Positions 22,311 to 31,685 of a stretch of 64,000 nucleotides of DNA are shown piece after piece. The stretch spans positions 48,375-112,374 of IMG/VR virus record IMGVR_UViG_3300037140_000076; one strand, 5' to 3'. The position numbers and the translations under genes were made by a program. The notes below the pieces were generated by a model. The model was not told the origin of the DNA. It saw only the letters and a program-made list of their open reading frames with translations, and searched no databases. The first letter of the stretch is position 1. Each line of letters begins with the position of its first letter. Origin of the DNA: a virus.

Positions 22311-23024
22311 ATATACAATATTACAACTATGCGCTGAAACGTACAAGAGTAAATATACTCATTCTTTAATAATAGCCAATATATAGTTATCCACAATATT
22401 TGGAAGTCTCAATATTATTTCGTATGCGCTAAAACGTACTATGCGAATATCTTTGTATATGTGACAGGATATTTGATTGATCCTATTAGCCCCCTTTGGG
22501 GGTTGGGGGCTGTAGACAACCAGAAGGAATAAATAATGAATTCCCCCTCCCCGCTTCAATCCATTACCGACAACCTGTCATAATCTTATGCGCTAAAACG
22601 TATATGCGCTATAACGTACATGGATTGGAATTAGTCCTGTTGTGGGGTTTTGGGCCTTTTAATAGACAATATTCTCTAAAAGGGACCGCATTCCCAGGAC
22701 GGTCCTATCCTCCCAAAACAAACCACCACCCCCATCCCCAGACTCATTCCGGTATGTACACTTTAACGCATATACATTATAAATCATATTGGTTATGTCA
22801 ACTACTATGTATTACCATGTATGTTTTAGCGCATATTCCCAATCCCCCACTTATTTTTAAAATTGGACAGAATCTAGGATTGGGAATTGAAAACAGAATT
22901 GGGAACGATGCCGGGGGTGGGAGGGCAGTCCCAAAGTTGGACGGCACCCAAGTTGATGGTGCGTGTATTGGAGGGTATATATAATATATTTTGAAATGTA
23001 AATTTAACCTATTATCTTTATATT

Positions 23025-23426
23025 ATGGATCAACAATGGAAAGACATACCAGGATATGAAGAATTGTATCAGGTGAGCGATATGGGTCATATTAGGGGCC
23101 TCAAACCCTCTCCCCGCTTAAAGGGTACCTATCTCATACCTGTCTTACATAATGGAAAGTATCATCGTGTACGCTTTTTCAAGGAAGGTAAGAGAAAATC
23201 ATTTTTTATACATATACTTGTTGGTAAAGCGTTCGTTCCCAACCCCTTAAACCTTACAGAGATTAATCATAAGAAGGGTAATAAACTTGATAATAGGGCT
23301 TCAGAACTTGAATGGACTACAAGGCAAAATAATATTCTTCACTCTTATAGAGTGCTCGGTACTAAATCAAAAGGGAGAAGTTACCCATGTTGTAGATTAA
23401 AACCAGGTTATTTTTCAGTTATATAA
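23025..23426 (+). CDS. NUMOD4-HNH homing endonuclease
   Basis: WKDIPGYEELYQVSDMG; INHKKGNKLDNRASELEW. Confidence 0.88.
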   Translation: MDQQWKDIPGYEELYQVSDMGHIRGLKPSPRLKGTYLIPVLHNGKYHRVRFFKEGKRKSFFIHILVGKAFVPNPLNLTEINHKKGNKLDNRASELEWTTRQNNILHSYRVLGTKSKGRSYPCCRLKPGYFSVI

Positions 23427-23430
23427 TTTT

Positions 23431-23457
23431 CCCGCTTCTAATCTAAGCGGGTTTTTT
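23431..23457 (+). terminator. intrinsic terminator
   Basis: CCCGCTT/AAGCGGG plus T-run. Confidence 0.7.
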
Positions 23458-23793
23458 GGGTCCTGTTTAAAAACTTTAACATTCCTTTGGGAATTTAATT
23501 GATTTAAAAACCGTATCTTTGCCACCGGCCTTCCGTACTAAGGCCCTAACAGGCCGCACAAGGACGGTAAGATGGGGGATACTATATAAAAGACCCCCCC
23601 CCTCCTCTTCTCTCTAACAATAATGTACGCTTTAGCGCATATGCGTTAAAACGTACATAGACAATGTGTCCAACATAATGTCCGAGTTATGCTTTGTAGC
23701 TGGATAAGGACTTTAAAGACAACCGGGAGGGGGAAAATTAAATTTGGATATTAAAAAAACTCTTGTTACCTTTATTCCTAAAATCATAACAGT

Positions 23794-24282
23794 ATGAAAG
23801 GATTGGGAAGATTATGGAAAATGAAAAAGGATACCTCTTATTCTGAGGAGTCCGAGAACTCCTTTCAGTTCCTTAAAAGACAAAAGATATACCGGGAGAC
23901 CGGGGATCTTTACCTGGATAGGTTAATTATAATTCGCTGTTTTCTGGGATCAATTATGTTTCATAAGATCTATCTGACGGACAGCGATTGTATGCATGAC
24001 CATCCCTGGAGCTTCAGAACTATCATTTTAAAGGGAGGATATTTCGAGCAGATTCCCCGGTTCAAAAAAGGTTGTTCATTTTGGCATAATGAACATATTG
24101 AAAAATGGTATAAACCAGGCACAATCCTCTATCGTCCAGCAGGTTGGGTTCATAGATTAAGGATTACAAAGCCAGCTTGGACCTTGGTATTCACCGGTCC
24201 CACCAAACGGGAGTGGGGATTCTGGACTCCGAAGGGATGGCTCAAGTCAAACAAATATAAAAATGTTGGGAATTGTCAATAA
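23794..24282 (+). CDS. cupin-fold phage protein
   Basis: MHDHPWSF..IILKGGYFE...HRL...WTLVFTG...REWGF. Confidence 0.7.
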   Translation: MKGLGRLWKMKKDTSYSEESENSFQFLKRQKIYRETGDLYLDRLIIIRCFLGSIMFHKIYLTDSDCMHDHPWSFRTIILKGGYFEQIPRFKKGCSFWHNEHIEKWYKPGTILYRPAGWVHRLRITKPAWTLVFTGPTKREWGFWTPKGWLKSNKYKNVGNCQ

Positions 24283-24301
24283 TTAAATGTATATTCGCAT
24301 T

Positions 24302-26474
24302 ATGCTCAATAAGAACCTTTTAAATTTTACCCTGGTTGTTTTCTCATATGGTGCTATCTTATTGACAGTCTTATACTTAAAAGATAAATCGAAGAAATGA
24401 AAAAAATCCTGATTGATTTCACAACTGTTTTAAAAAAGAAAGATAGATTTACAGATCATGCCGGGGTTGAACATAAGATAAAAGAAGTAACGTATGCCCC
24501 CTCCAACGGGACGGTATATATAGAGACGACAGAAGGGAAGATGATTAACCTTACTAAAGCGTTGATTAACAAAGATATATTATGTCTACTCAAGAAATGA
24601 TTCGTTGGATACCTTTAGAAGAATATAAAATAATGCAACAATCTGAAGAGGAATGGAAAAAGATGAATTATAGAATATTCATGAGTACTTTTTGGGGTAT
24701 GGAAATACCTAAACCATTAATAAATAAAGAGTTATGATTAACACCCTTCTTTGTTTTTTAGGTATTCATAGATGGCATTCCGTTAGAAATGGACCTAAAA
24801 TCCCTTTTTCAAGATGTAGATATATTTTTTGTACTCGTTGCGGAAAACAAAAATAACACACTGATAAATAAAGACTTATGAACTTTGCAAAACTCTTCTC
24901 TATTGATGACGATACCCAGGTGCTTGTTAGGCTCGAAGATGGGTTTGATGAAACCACCGGAGAAGAAATTACAAACGTTACTCAAACAACTGAGTACAAC
25001 GGAGTTACAATGGAATGTTCTAAAGGATTCCTGGAAGTAAAAGACGCTGAAGAATATTTTAAAAAGTTCTCCCTGGCTCTTGCCATTACTTTTCATGAGG
25101 ATGCCCGGAAGGTTATTTTCGATATGGTGGAGGAAGGCTGATTTGGAATTGTGAAGGTTTTGTTATAATTTTATACCTATGCCTGAATTAACCTATGCCT
25201 TTCAAATCCTCACTGCAACTGATCTGATGGTCCTTCAAGACGATATGAACGATCTTGGTATATGTGGATACACAGCGGTTGGGGGAGTGACCTATTCCTT
25301 CTTTGATCCAAACAGCCCTAGTGGATTTACCTACGTCCAGGTTATGAAATTAATAATAAAGAACTTTTAACTTTTTGTTAACTTTAGATTGATTATATTC
25401 GCATTATGAAAGAACATAGATCAAAACAAATGGGACCTGGAGGCGGTGGATGGCTTTCAGACCTGGAAAGAGATCAACCTATAAAATCAGGAGCAACACC
25501 CCTTACATTACCAGGCACCACCTCAACAAGGTTTGAAGTTTTCTTTCAATTCAATGATGATGCACCGGTTAGGTTTGCAGAAACAAGAACAGGACTTAGG
25601 ATAGACCTAACTGAAGATGGTCAAGACGTTGAATGGAGGGATGGGGATAAGAGATTTAGAATTTTTTTAAAAAAGAAGACATGACAAAAATAAAACCAGA
25701 CGTCACCGAAACTAACCCATTCGTTATCTATCCCCCCGATTCCAATGTAATTTTAAATCTTCCAAAACCAAATTCTGTATCTAATTTTGAAAAGGATTTG
25801 CTTGAAAAGTTTAACGAATATGATGGTCCTAAAAGCACCCGTGGTAAAGTACCCGATGAAATTCAACCTCTTAAAGATAAAGAAAATATTTTTCAAGATA
25901 CCCATGCTATAAACAATTCAATGGTTTTGCAAAAATTAGGATTTGAAGAAAGATCAGCTACCCAATGGTATCACCCAGTTCTTGGAGATGATATGGAACA
26001 TAACTGGCTTCATTTTGATACTCAATATGATGATACTGAATCTATTGTACCAAAGATTTATAAAACAGGATTTGTACAAGGTCAGAAAAATATTCGGATG
26101 GGTATTAAAAAGGTACTCGATATTTAAAAACAACAATTACATGGCAGCTAAAAAAGAAACTAGAAAATCATTTTGTATTACCGCTAAGATTATTATCACA
26201 ACAAGTATTGAAGTTTATGCTAATACGTTTACTGAAGCTGTGGATTTATCAAGAGGTTTAGGAGTAGATAATTTTGTTGAAGTCATTGGTGATCACATTG
26301 ATAGTGAATTCGGCATAGAAGGTATTTCTGCTTTTCCGAATACCGCAACACTTTAATTATGTACGAAGACTTATTAAAGGACCCTCCCGACACTGAGGAA
26401 GATATTCCAGATATACTTCAACCCCCAGGCCCCGCTGTTCCGGTGGCTGGATTATGTTTTGCTGAAAGATTATA
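24302..26474 (+). CDS. cluster of small hypothetical genes (24302-24400, 24397-24600, 24878-25141, 25179-25370, 25406-25684, 25681-26127, ~26141-26356)
   Basis: ORF track plus manual translation; several have their own Bacteroidota-type promoters. Confidence 0.5.
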
Positions 26475-26543
26475 ACAAAACTCAGTGATAATTATCATTG
26501 GATTTAGTGATAAAAATAAAATTATAACAAAATTTTGTTATAA
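26470..26543. promoter_or_regulatory. three copies of the 22-bp palindromic operator TTAT(A/C)ACAAAATTTTGT(T/G)ATAA
   Basis: Perfect palindrome at 26522-26543 just upstream of -33 TTTG; degenerate copies at 26470 and 26492. Confidence 0.75.
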
Positions 26544-26545
26544 AA

Positions 26546-26577
26546 TTTGGTAGATTAAAAAATTCTTCTTAGGTTTG
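26546..26577 (+). promoter_or_regulatory. Bacteroidota sigma-A promoter (-33 TTTG, -7 TAGGTTTG)
   Basis: Matches TTTG ... TAnnTTTG. Confidence 0.7.
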
Positions 26578-26595
26578 TAGTCTAAATGATTTTTT

Positions 26596-26742
26596 ATGGT
26601 AGTAGGTATAATAATTGGTTTCGTTGCTGGCTTTGTAATTGGAGCACTTGTGTTCAGAAACAATACTACAAAAGCTAATGCCGTAATAGCAACTGTTCAG
26701 GCAGATACTGCAACCGTAGTAGCTGACGCTAAAAAAGTTTAA
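26596..26742 (+). CDS. small single-pass membrane protein (48 aa)
   Basis: MVVGIIIGFVAGFVIGALVFRNN... Confidence 0.6.
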   Translation: MVVGIIIGFVAGFVIGALVFRNNTTKANAVIATVQADTATVVADAKKV

Positions 26743-26773
26743 TCAAATGGGTGGAGACGCTTAAAATATTACA

Positions 26774-26851
26774 ATGCAACAATTTACAATGATAGTGGAT
26801 AATAGAATTAATGCCGGAGGCGAAAATCGTCTTTCAGGGATTCTATTGTAA
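26774..26851 (+). CDS. leader peptide 1 of tRNA array 1 (MQQFTMIVDNRINAGGENRLSGILL)
   Basis: A-rich TIR; codons 6-17 match all ten downstream tRNAs; overlaps the antiterminator strand. Confidence 0.8.
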   Translation: MQQFTMIVDNRINAGGENRLSGILL

Positions 26852-26876
26852 CATCATTAATAATATGTTAAACCTT

Positions 26877-26913
26877 TAGAACCCTGGATAATAAATCCAG
26901 GGTTTTTTATTTT
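26877..26913 (+). terminator. attenuator terminator 1
   Basis: AACCCTGGAT/ATCCAGGGTT stem plus T-run, directly before tRNA-Val. Confidence 0.85.
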
Positions 26914-26985
26914 AGACAATTAGCTCATCGGGAGAGCGGAGCCTTTACACGGCTTGCGTAGAGGGTTCAATTCCTTCATTGTCTA
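26914..26985 (+). tRNA. tRNA-Val(TAC)
   Basis: Cloverleaf; GAGCC-TT-TAC-AC-GGCTT. Confidence 0.88.
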
Positions 26986-27041
26986 CATAATGACCGTTAT
27001 AACGGACATTCTCCCCAGGAAATGACCGCTATAACAAACAT

Positions 27042-27112
27042 TTTCCTCTCGTTCAATGGAAGGACGACTGCCTTCTAAGCAGTGAATAAGTGTTCGACTC
27101 ACTTGGGGAAAA
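27042..27112 (+). tRNA. tRNA-Arg(TCT)
   Basis: ACTGC-CT-TCT-AA-GCAGT. Confidence 0.88.
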
Positions 27113-27117
27113 CATAA

Positions 27118-27191
27118 GGCTTGTTAGCTCAGTGGCCCAGAGCGGGACTTTGTTAAAGTTCGGGTCCTTGGTTCGAATCCAAGACGAGCCT
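27118..27191 (+). tRNA. tRNA-Asn(GTT)
   Basis: GGACT-TT-GTT-AA-AGTTC. Confidence 0.9.
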
Positions 27192-27238
27192 CAAAATTAA
27201 TTTGGATATGTCACAAACTTTATGTATATTGTGTCATA

Positions 27239-27640
27239 ATGAAAATTTGTACACGATGTAAAGATAAAAAAGAACTATCTGAGTTCTATAAAAGTCCAGG
27301 CAGTAAGGATGGTTATCGCATTTATTGTAAAACATGTTATAGTAAGTTACGAAAGAGGACATATAATTTTCAAAAAGCAAAGAAATTATTTTTAAAAAGT
27401 AAATACAAAATAACTTTAGAAGAATTGGAAGTTTTATTTTTAAAACAAAAGAAAAAATGTGCTATTTGTAATGAACCAAATGAAGAAGTGTCTACTAGAA
27501 GTGGGTTACATATAGACCATGATCATGTTACAGGAAAAGTCAGAGGTTTACTTTGTAAAAACTGTAATCAATTGATAGGCAATGCTAAAGATAATATAAA
27601 TATTTTAGAAAATAGTATAAAATATTTATTATGTTCTTAA
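27239..27640 (+). CDS. endonuclease VII-type HNH nuclease
   Basis: CAIC...LHIDHDHVTGKVRGLLCKNCN. Confidence 0.88.
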   Translation: MKICTRCKDKKELSEFYKSPGSKDGYRIYCKTCYSKLRKRTYNFQKAKKLFLKSKYKITLEELEVLFLKQKKKCAICNEPNEEVSTRSGLHIDHDHVTGKVRGLLCKNCNQLIGNAKDNINILENSIKYLLCS

Positions 27641-28437
27641 CATTCACAGAAGAAGGGCATTCGTATGAGTCAATTCCAGCCGTTTCCTGGACTTCTGTGA
27701 CTAAATTAATAGAAAGCTACTGCAATCCTTTTGATGAGGAGGATCAAGCTCTGAGGAGTTCACAGAATATGAATTCAAAATGGTTTGGGATGGACCCAGT
27801 GGAGATTATCAAACTCTGGAAGGCTGAAAACCTTCGTTCCACTGATGCCGGAACCTGGGTCCACAACAAATGGGAAAAAAATGTTAGCTCTTTAAAGCAC
27901 AAAGAGTGGGAAGGAAAGAAATTAAAAGTTTTTCCTGGAAAATGGGAAGGAGAAACTAAAATTGCACCGGCCCAGGAACTTGAAGAAGGGGTTTACCCTG
28001 AACATATTATATATAATGAAAATCTTCAGGTGTGTGGACAGGCTGATATTGTTAATGTTAGGGATGGTTTTGTAGATGTAATTGATTATAAGACTAGTAA
28101 GGAGATTGAGGACCACTCTTATGGATTCAAGTATGGAAATGCGAGTATGATGTTGGAACCGGTGAACCATTTAGAGGATTGCAACCTTTCTCATTATGTT
28201 CTTCAGCTTGGTATCTATATGAGGCTCATCCTGTTAAAGAATCCGGCTCTGAAACCTGGTAAACTGATCCTCATTCATGTAAAAATGGATATTAATGAGC
28301 TTGATCAATATGGATTTCCTATCCTAAAAAGGACAAAAGAAAACGGATATAAAATTAAAAGAACAAAAAATTATAATATAAAATACATTGAGAATGAAGT
28401 TCGTAGTGTATTAAAAGATCATTATTTAAAATTGTAG
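27631..28437 (+). CDS. PD-(D/E)XK exonuclease
   Basis: SVTKLI, GTWVH, PEH...CGQAD...IDYKT, YVLQLGIY. Confidence 0.8.
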   Translation: MFLTFTEEGHSYESIPAVSWTSVTKLIESYCNPFDEEDQALRSSQNMNSKWFGMDPVEIIKLWKAENLRSTDAGTWVHNKWEKNVSSLKHKEWEGKKLKVFPGKWEGETKIAPAQELEEGVYPEHIIYNENLQVCGQADIVNVRDGFVDVIDYKTSKEIEDHSYGFKYGNASMMLEPVNHLEDCNLSHYVLQLGIYMRLILLKNPALKPGKLILIHVKMDINELDQYGFPILKRTKENGYKIKRTKNYNIKYIENEVRSVLKDHYLKL

Positions 28438-28582
28438 GGTGGCGAAATTGGCAGACGCAACCGCTTGTCTCGCGGTCGTGGATAAGGAAATAGATAGTAG
28501 ATAGACGGTTGACCAGCAATGAATTAACTTCTTTTGTCTCCTGTTGAATCCCCACTTAATGGTTCGAATCCATTTTCTACAG
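28433..28582 (+). ncRNA. tRNA-like RNA with ~81-nt variable region (loop centre GTC)
   Basis: Acceptor TGTAGGG/TTCTACA, Leu-type D loop, ACCGC-TTGTCTC-GCGGT, T arm AATGG-TTCGAAT-CCATT. Confidence 0.7.
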
Positions 28583-28702
28583 CAATTGATCAGTATGTTG
28601 CAGATAGAATCTGATCTGGCCCTACGCACTGCAAAGCGTTGAGGGAGCGCGTCCGGGATAAGTAGACCTGGTAAGACTACGCTAGGAAAAAGTCTTTTAT
28701 AT

Positions 28703-28777
28703 TGCGGGATAGAGTAAATGGATAACTCGAAGGTCTCATAAGCCTTGTCTATGTCGGATCGTACCCGGCTCCCGCAA
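28703..28777 (+). tRNA. tRNA-Met(CAT)
   Basis: TGCGGGA/TCCCGCA; AAGGT-CT-CAT-AA-GCCTT. Confidence 0.85.
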
Positions 28778-28778
28778 C

Positions 28779-28886
28779 GGTGGTGTCTTGAACGTAGTCC
28801 TGGGAAACAACAAGGGAAGTACAACTAACGGGTTACTGAAAGGGCTTTGTAGTTCAAGAATTAAACAGGTAAAGCTGGCCGCTACT
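28779..28886 (+). ncRNA. unknown ~108-nt structured RNA
   Basis: GGTGGTG/CGCTACT closing stem; TCTTGAAC/GTTCAAGA helix; fills the gap between two tRNAs. Confidence 0.5.
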
Positions 28887-28888
28887 TT

Positions 28889-28962
28889 GCGCCATACGCA
28901 TTCCGGTAGTGTGCCTGGCTTCCAACCAGGATGAGTCGGTTCGATTCCGACATGACGCACCA
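28889..28962 (+). tRNA. tRNA-Gly(TCC)
   Basis: CCTGG-CT-TCC-AA-CCAGG; CCA encoded. Confidence 0.88.
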
Positions 28963-29042
28963 GGACAAGACGGAGGTTCGAATCCTCCCGGCTATGTATC
29001 CGTAATTGGGTGACGCAGTAGTTTAGTGGTTAGAATATGTCC
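28963..29042 (+). ncRNA. circularly permuted tRNA-like (YrlA-type) RNA
   Basis: GGACA/TGTCC closing stem; T arm GGAGG-TTCGAAT-CCTCC comes before the D arm TAGTTTAGTGGTTAGAATA. Confidence 0.7.
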
Positions 29043-29045
29043 AAT

Positions 29046-29117
29046 GCTCCTTTCGTCTACTGGCTAGGACATCACTCTTTCCAAGTGATTAAGACAGATC
29101 GAAACTGTCAGGGAGTA
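29046..29117 (+). tRNA. tRNA-Glu(TTC)
   Basis: TCACT-CT-TTC-CA-AGTGA. Confidence 0.85.
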
Positions 29118-29123
29118 CAATAT

Positions 29124-29198
29124 GGTACATTAGGGGAGTCCGGAGTCCCTGCCTCACTGTCTATGAGGAGATCATCGGTTCAAATCCGATATGTACTG
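29124..29198 (+). tRNA. tRNA-Asp(GTC)
   Basis: CCTCA-CT-GTC-TA-TGAGG. Confidence 0.88.
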
Positions 29199-29255
29199 CA
29201 AGATGGAACGTTTAGTACGTCTGAACACGAAATAATGGTTCCCCATCTTTTCTAT

Positions 29256-29330
29256 ATTCGGATAACTCAGTCTGGTCAGAGGGCGACTCTTATAAGGTCG
29301 CAGTCAGTGGTTCAAATCCACTTCCGAATA
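29256..29330 (+). tRNA. tRNA-Ile(TAT)
   Basis: CGACT-CT-TAT-AA-GGTCG. Confidence 0.88.
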
Positions 29331-29402
29331 CTGGTTCGTATAAAGGCACGAATTGTTCGAAAGATTCGTGTAAATACGTAATTTGCAAATTGCAAATTAT
29401 AC

Positions 29403-29476
29403 TGACCTATGGCGCAGCTTGGTAGCGCAGCACTCTGATAAGGTGAAGGTCCCTGGTTCAAATCCAGGTGGGTCAA
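29403..29476 (+). tRNA. tRNA-Ile(GAT)
   Basis: CACT-CT-GAT-AA-GGTG. Confidence 0.9.
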
Positions 29477-29519
29477 CTCTGTTCATATTTTTTCTCTGTT
29501 CACGAAAAGTGAACAACCT

Positions 29520-29590
29520 GGGCCAGATCCCGAAGGCAGGGCATCTCGCTTGCACCGAGAATGAAGCGGGTTCGATTCCCCATGTGTCCA
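29520..29590 (+). tRNA. tRNA-Ala(TGC), divergent
   Basis: TCTCG-CT-TGC-AC-CGAGA; G3:U70 present; mismatches in acceptor and T stems. Confidence 0.7.
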
Positions 29591-29631
29591 CTTTTTTCCC
29601 AAATTTGGAAATGTGAAAAATTTTCACTATA

Positions 29632-30159
29632 TTGAATTCTTCACATCCAAATTTAAATAATATGTTAAAGTTCATCCTAGACAACCCAGAGAAGACACTT
29701 TTCGGTAAGATTAGAAACATTGGTTTTGTATTTGCACTGGAATTAATTTACTTAAGTATCATTGTTTTTTTATTGAAACAACTAGATCCCTTTGATCTAT
29801 ATACTCTTATGCATCAATATAGTTTACCACATGTTATAGACGCTAATGCTATTGGGATATTTTTCTTTGCTTGTATTTGGGCACCCCTATGGGAAGAAGC
29901 GGCTTTCAGGTATGCTCCTATAACGATTGCCAAGAACTTTGGACCTCAATTTTTGTTCCCGGTTATAATAATTAGTAGTGTTTTATTTGGTTGGGGTCAT
30001 GGATCTGGACCTGTTAGTCTTCTTATTCAGGGAGTTGGGGGATTCTTGTTTTCCCTGCTTTATATTAAAAATGGTTTTAGTTATAAATCTTCAGTAACTG
30101 CCCACTTCCTTTGGAACCTTTCTCTTATGTTCCTCCTTCCTGTTTTAATAGCAAATTAA
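29632..30159 (+). CDS. CPBP/Abi (CAAX-II) intramembrane protease
   Basis: EEAAFR, FGWGH, H..WN; multiple TM helices; likely start at 29662. Confidence 0.8.
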   Translation: MNSSHPNLNNMLKFILDNPEKTLFGKIRNIGFVFALELIYLSIIVFLLKQLDPFDLYTLMHQYSLPHVIDANAIGIFFFACIWAPLWEEAAFRYAPITIAKNFGPQFLFPVIIISSVLFGWGHGSGPVSLLIQGVGGFLFSLLYIKNGFSYKSSVTAHFLWNLSLMFLLPVLIAN

Positions 30160-30210
30160 ATTTTGTAATATCAATTCTTTTAAGTACTTTAGGGTCATAA
30201 TTTAGTTATT

Positions 30211-30990
30211 ATGGCCCTAATTGCTATGGCGGTATACTCAACTGAGGAGAACGGAAAAAATGAATATCTGGATAAAACTCTTCAATCATTGGAAGAGACT
30301 GTAGATTTTACTAAACATCGTCTAATTCTATCTGTTAATGCTTATACAGCAGAAACTCTTTTGATATTCAGAAGATTTAAAGGCATGTTTGAATTGATTT
30401 TCAATAAAGAAAATCTTGGAACCGCTGAAGCAATTAACCTTGCTTGGAAAGATCAATGGCCGGGAGAAAATCTCATTAAGATGGATGATGATGTTGTCAT
30501 AAATGTTAATGGATGGGTTGATCGCATGGAAGAAGCTATTCAGAGAGATCCAACGATAGGTCAATGTGGTCTAAAAAGAAGAGATTGTACAGAAACTCCC
30601 TGGAATCCCGACCCCTTTTATAAATCAAAACTTGAAATGCTTCCTCACTCCCCCGGTGAGAAATGGATTGTAGTAGAAGAAGTATCTCACGTTATGGGGA
30701 CTTGTGTCATGCACTCTGCTGCACTACTTCACAAAGTAGGATACCTTTATCAACCAAAACTTTATGGATTTGATGATTCGTTTATGAGTCTTCGGTCCCG
30801 AATTGCGGGATTTAGAAATGTATTTTTGCCTGGTATAGATATTGAGCATATTGATAGAGGAGATACCGGGTTTCAAAAATGGAAAGAGAAACATGCTGGA
30901 GAGTGTTGGCAAGAATATATGCAAGTGGTAAGAGATTATACATCAGGTAAAAAAAGCGTTTATTATAATCCATTCGAAAATGATAAATGA
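30211..30990 (+). CDS. GT2-family glycosyltransferase
   Basis: ENLGTAEAIN, KMDDD, YGFDDSFMSLR. Confidence 0.8.
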   Translation: MALIAMAVYSTEENGKNEYLDKTLQSLEETVDFTKHRLILSVNAYTAETLLIFRRFKGMFELIFNKENLGTAEAINLAWKDQWPGENLIKMDDDVVINVNGWVDRMEEAIQRDPTIGQCGLKRRDCTETPWNPDPFYKSKLEMLPHSPGEKWIVVEEVSHVMGTCVMHSAALLHKVGYLYQPKLYGFDDSFMSLRSRIAGFRNVFLPGIDIEHIDRGDTGFQKWKEKHAGECWQEYMQVVRDYTSGKKSVYYNPFENDK

Positions 30991-31684
30991 TACAATAGTT
31001 CTTACTGCAATATATCATGAGTTTTGGGGAACAGAACAGTTTAGAAAATCTGTTGAGAGAGTAGGTCTGGATGTTTATAATGTATTTCCTGAAAACACCC
31101 CATATAGAGGAAACGGTTTTATTTATCAATACTTTTACAAAGCCTTTTTAGATCTTAAAGATAAATATAAAACAGTTATTTATTCGGATGGAGCAGATAC
31201 AGTTTTTCAAAAAGCATTTGTACCACCAACTGATAGAATAATTTATTCTGTTGAAAAAGCAATATGGCCTCCTGCCGAACGCTTCCCACATCTTAAAGTT
31301 CTTTATGATAACTATTATAACAAACACTGGCGTAGAAATGATTGGCCTTGGAAATATTTGAATGGGGGAAACTGGTGTGGTCCCATTCATCTATTAATTG
31401 AATGGTATGAACGATACGGATTGAAAGATTTGACAGGAGATATAAATGGTCAGAGAGAGCAAGCCGAAGCTTTTATGAAAGCAGATGCAGATGGTTTTCC
31501 AATTAAGTTCGATCATAATTGCGAATATTTTCAGACAACAGGTTTTGAAAATCAAGGAGATTTCAGTTTAGCGGAAGATGGAAAATCAATTATAAATAAT
31601 TTAACAGGGACGATTCCTTGCGTTCTTCATGGGAACGGGCGAACTCCGATGAATGCCATATATAATAGATATAACGTACAATAA
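30980..31684 (+). CDS. PLOD/LH3-type glycosyltransferase
   Basis: YSDGADT, YSVEKAIWP, KYLNGGNWCG, EYFQ, LHGNG. Confidence 0.75.
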   Translation: MINDTIVLTAIYHEFWGTEQFRKSVERVGLDVYNVFPENTPYRGNGFIYQYFYKAFLDLKDKYKTVIYSDGADTVFQKAFVPPTDRIIYSVEKAIWPPAERFPHLKVLYDNYYNKHWRRNDWPWKYLNGGNWCGPIHLLIEWYERYGLKDLTGDINGQREQAEAFMKADADGFPIKFDHNCEYFQTTGFENQGDFSLAEDGKSIINNLTGTIPCVLHGNGRTPMNAIYNRYNVQ

Positions 31685-31685
31685 A

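Larger units (their letters stand above)
22329..23657. repeat. 8 copies of 17-bp ATGCGYTAAARYRTACA-like motif in both orientations
   Basis: Plus: 22329, 22424, 22588, 22604, 23641; minus: 22755-22771, 22818-22834, 23624-23640. Confidence 0.85.

Noticed and set aside
22359-22984. ORFs 22359-22559 and 22496-22984
   Set aside because: They span the repeat and homopolymer region and have atypical composition.
22329-23657. CRISPR array
   Set aside because: Repeats are 17 bp, irregularly spaced and in both orientations; no cas genes.
28620-28645. tRNA-Cys in array 1
   Set aside because: Only an anticodon-like hairpin with an 8-nt loop; no D arm, T arm or acceptor stem.
28426-29720. ORFs 28426-28824, 28736-28960, 29037-29381, 29383-29616, 29397-29720
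   Set aside because: They overlap tRNA/ncRNA genes and are spurious translations.
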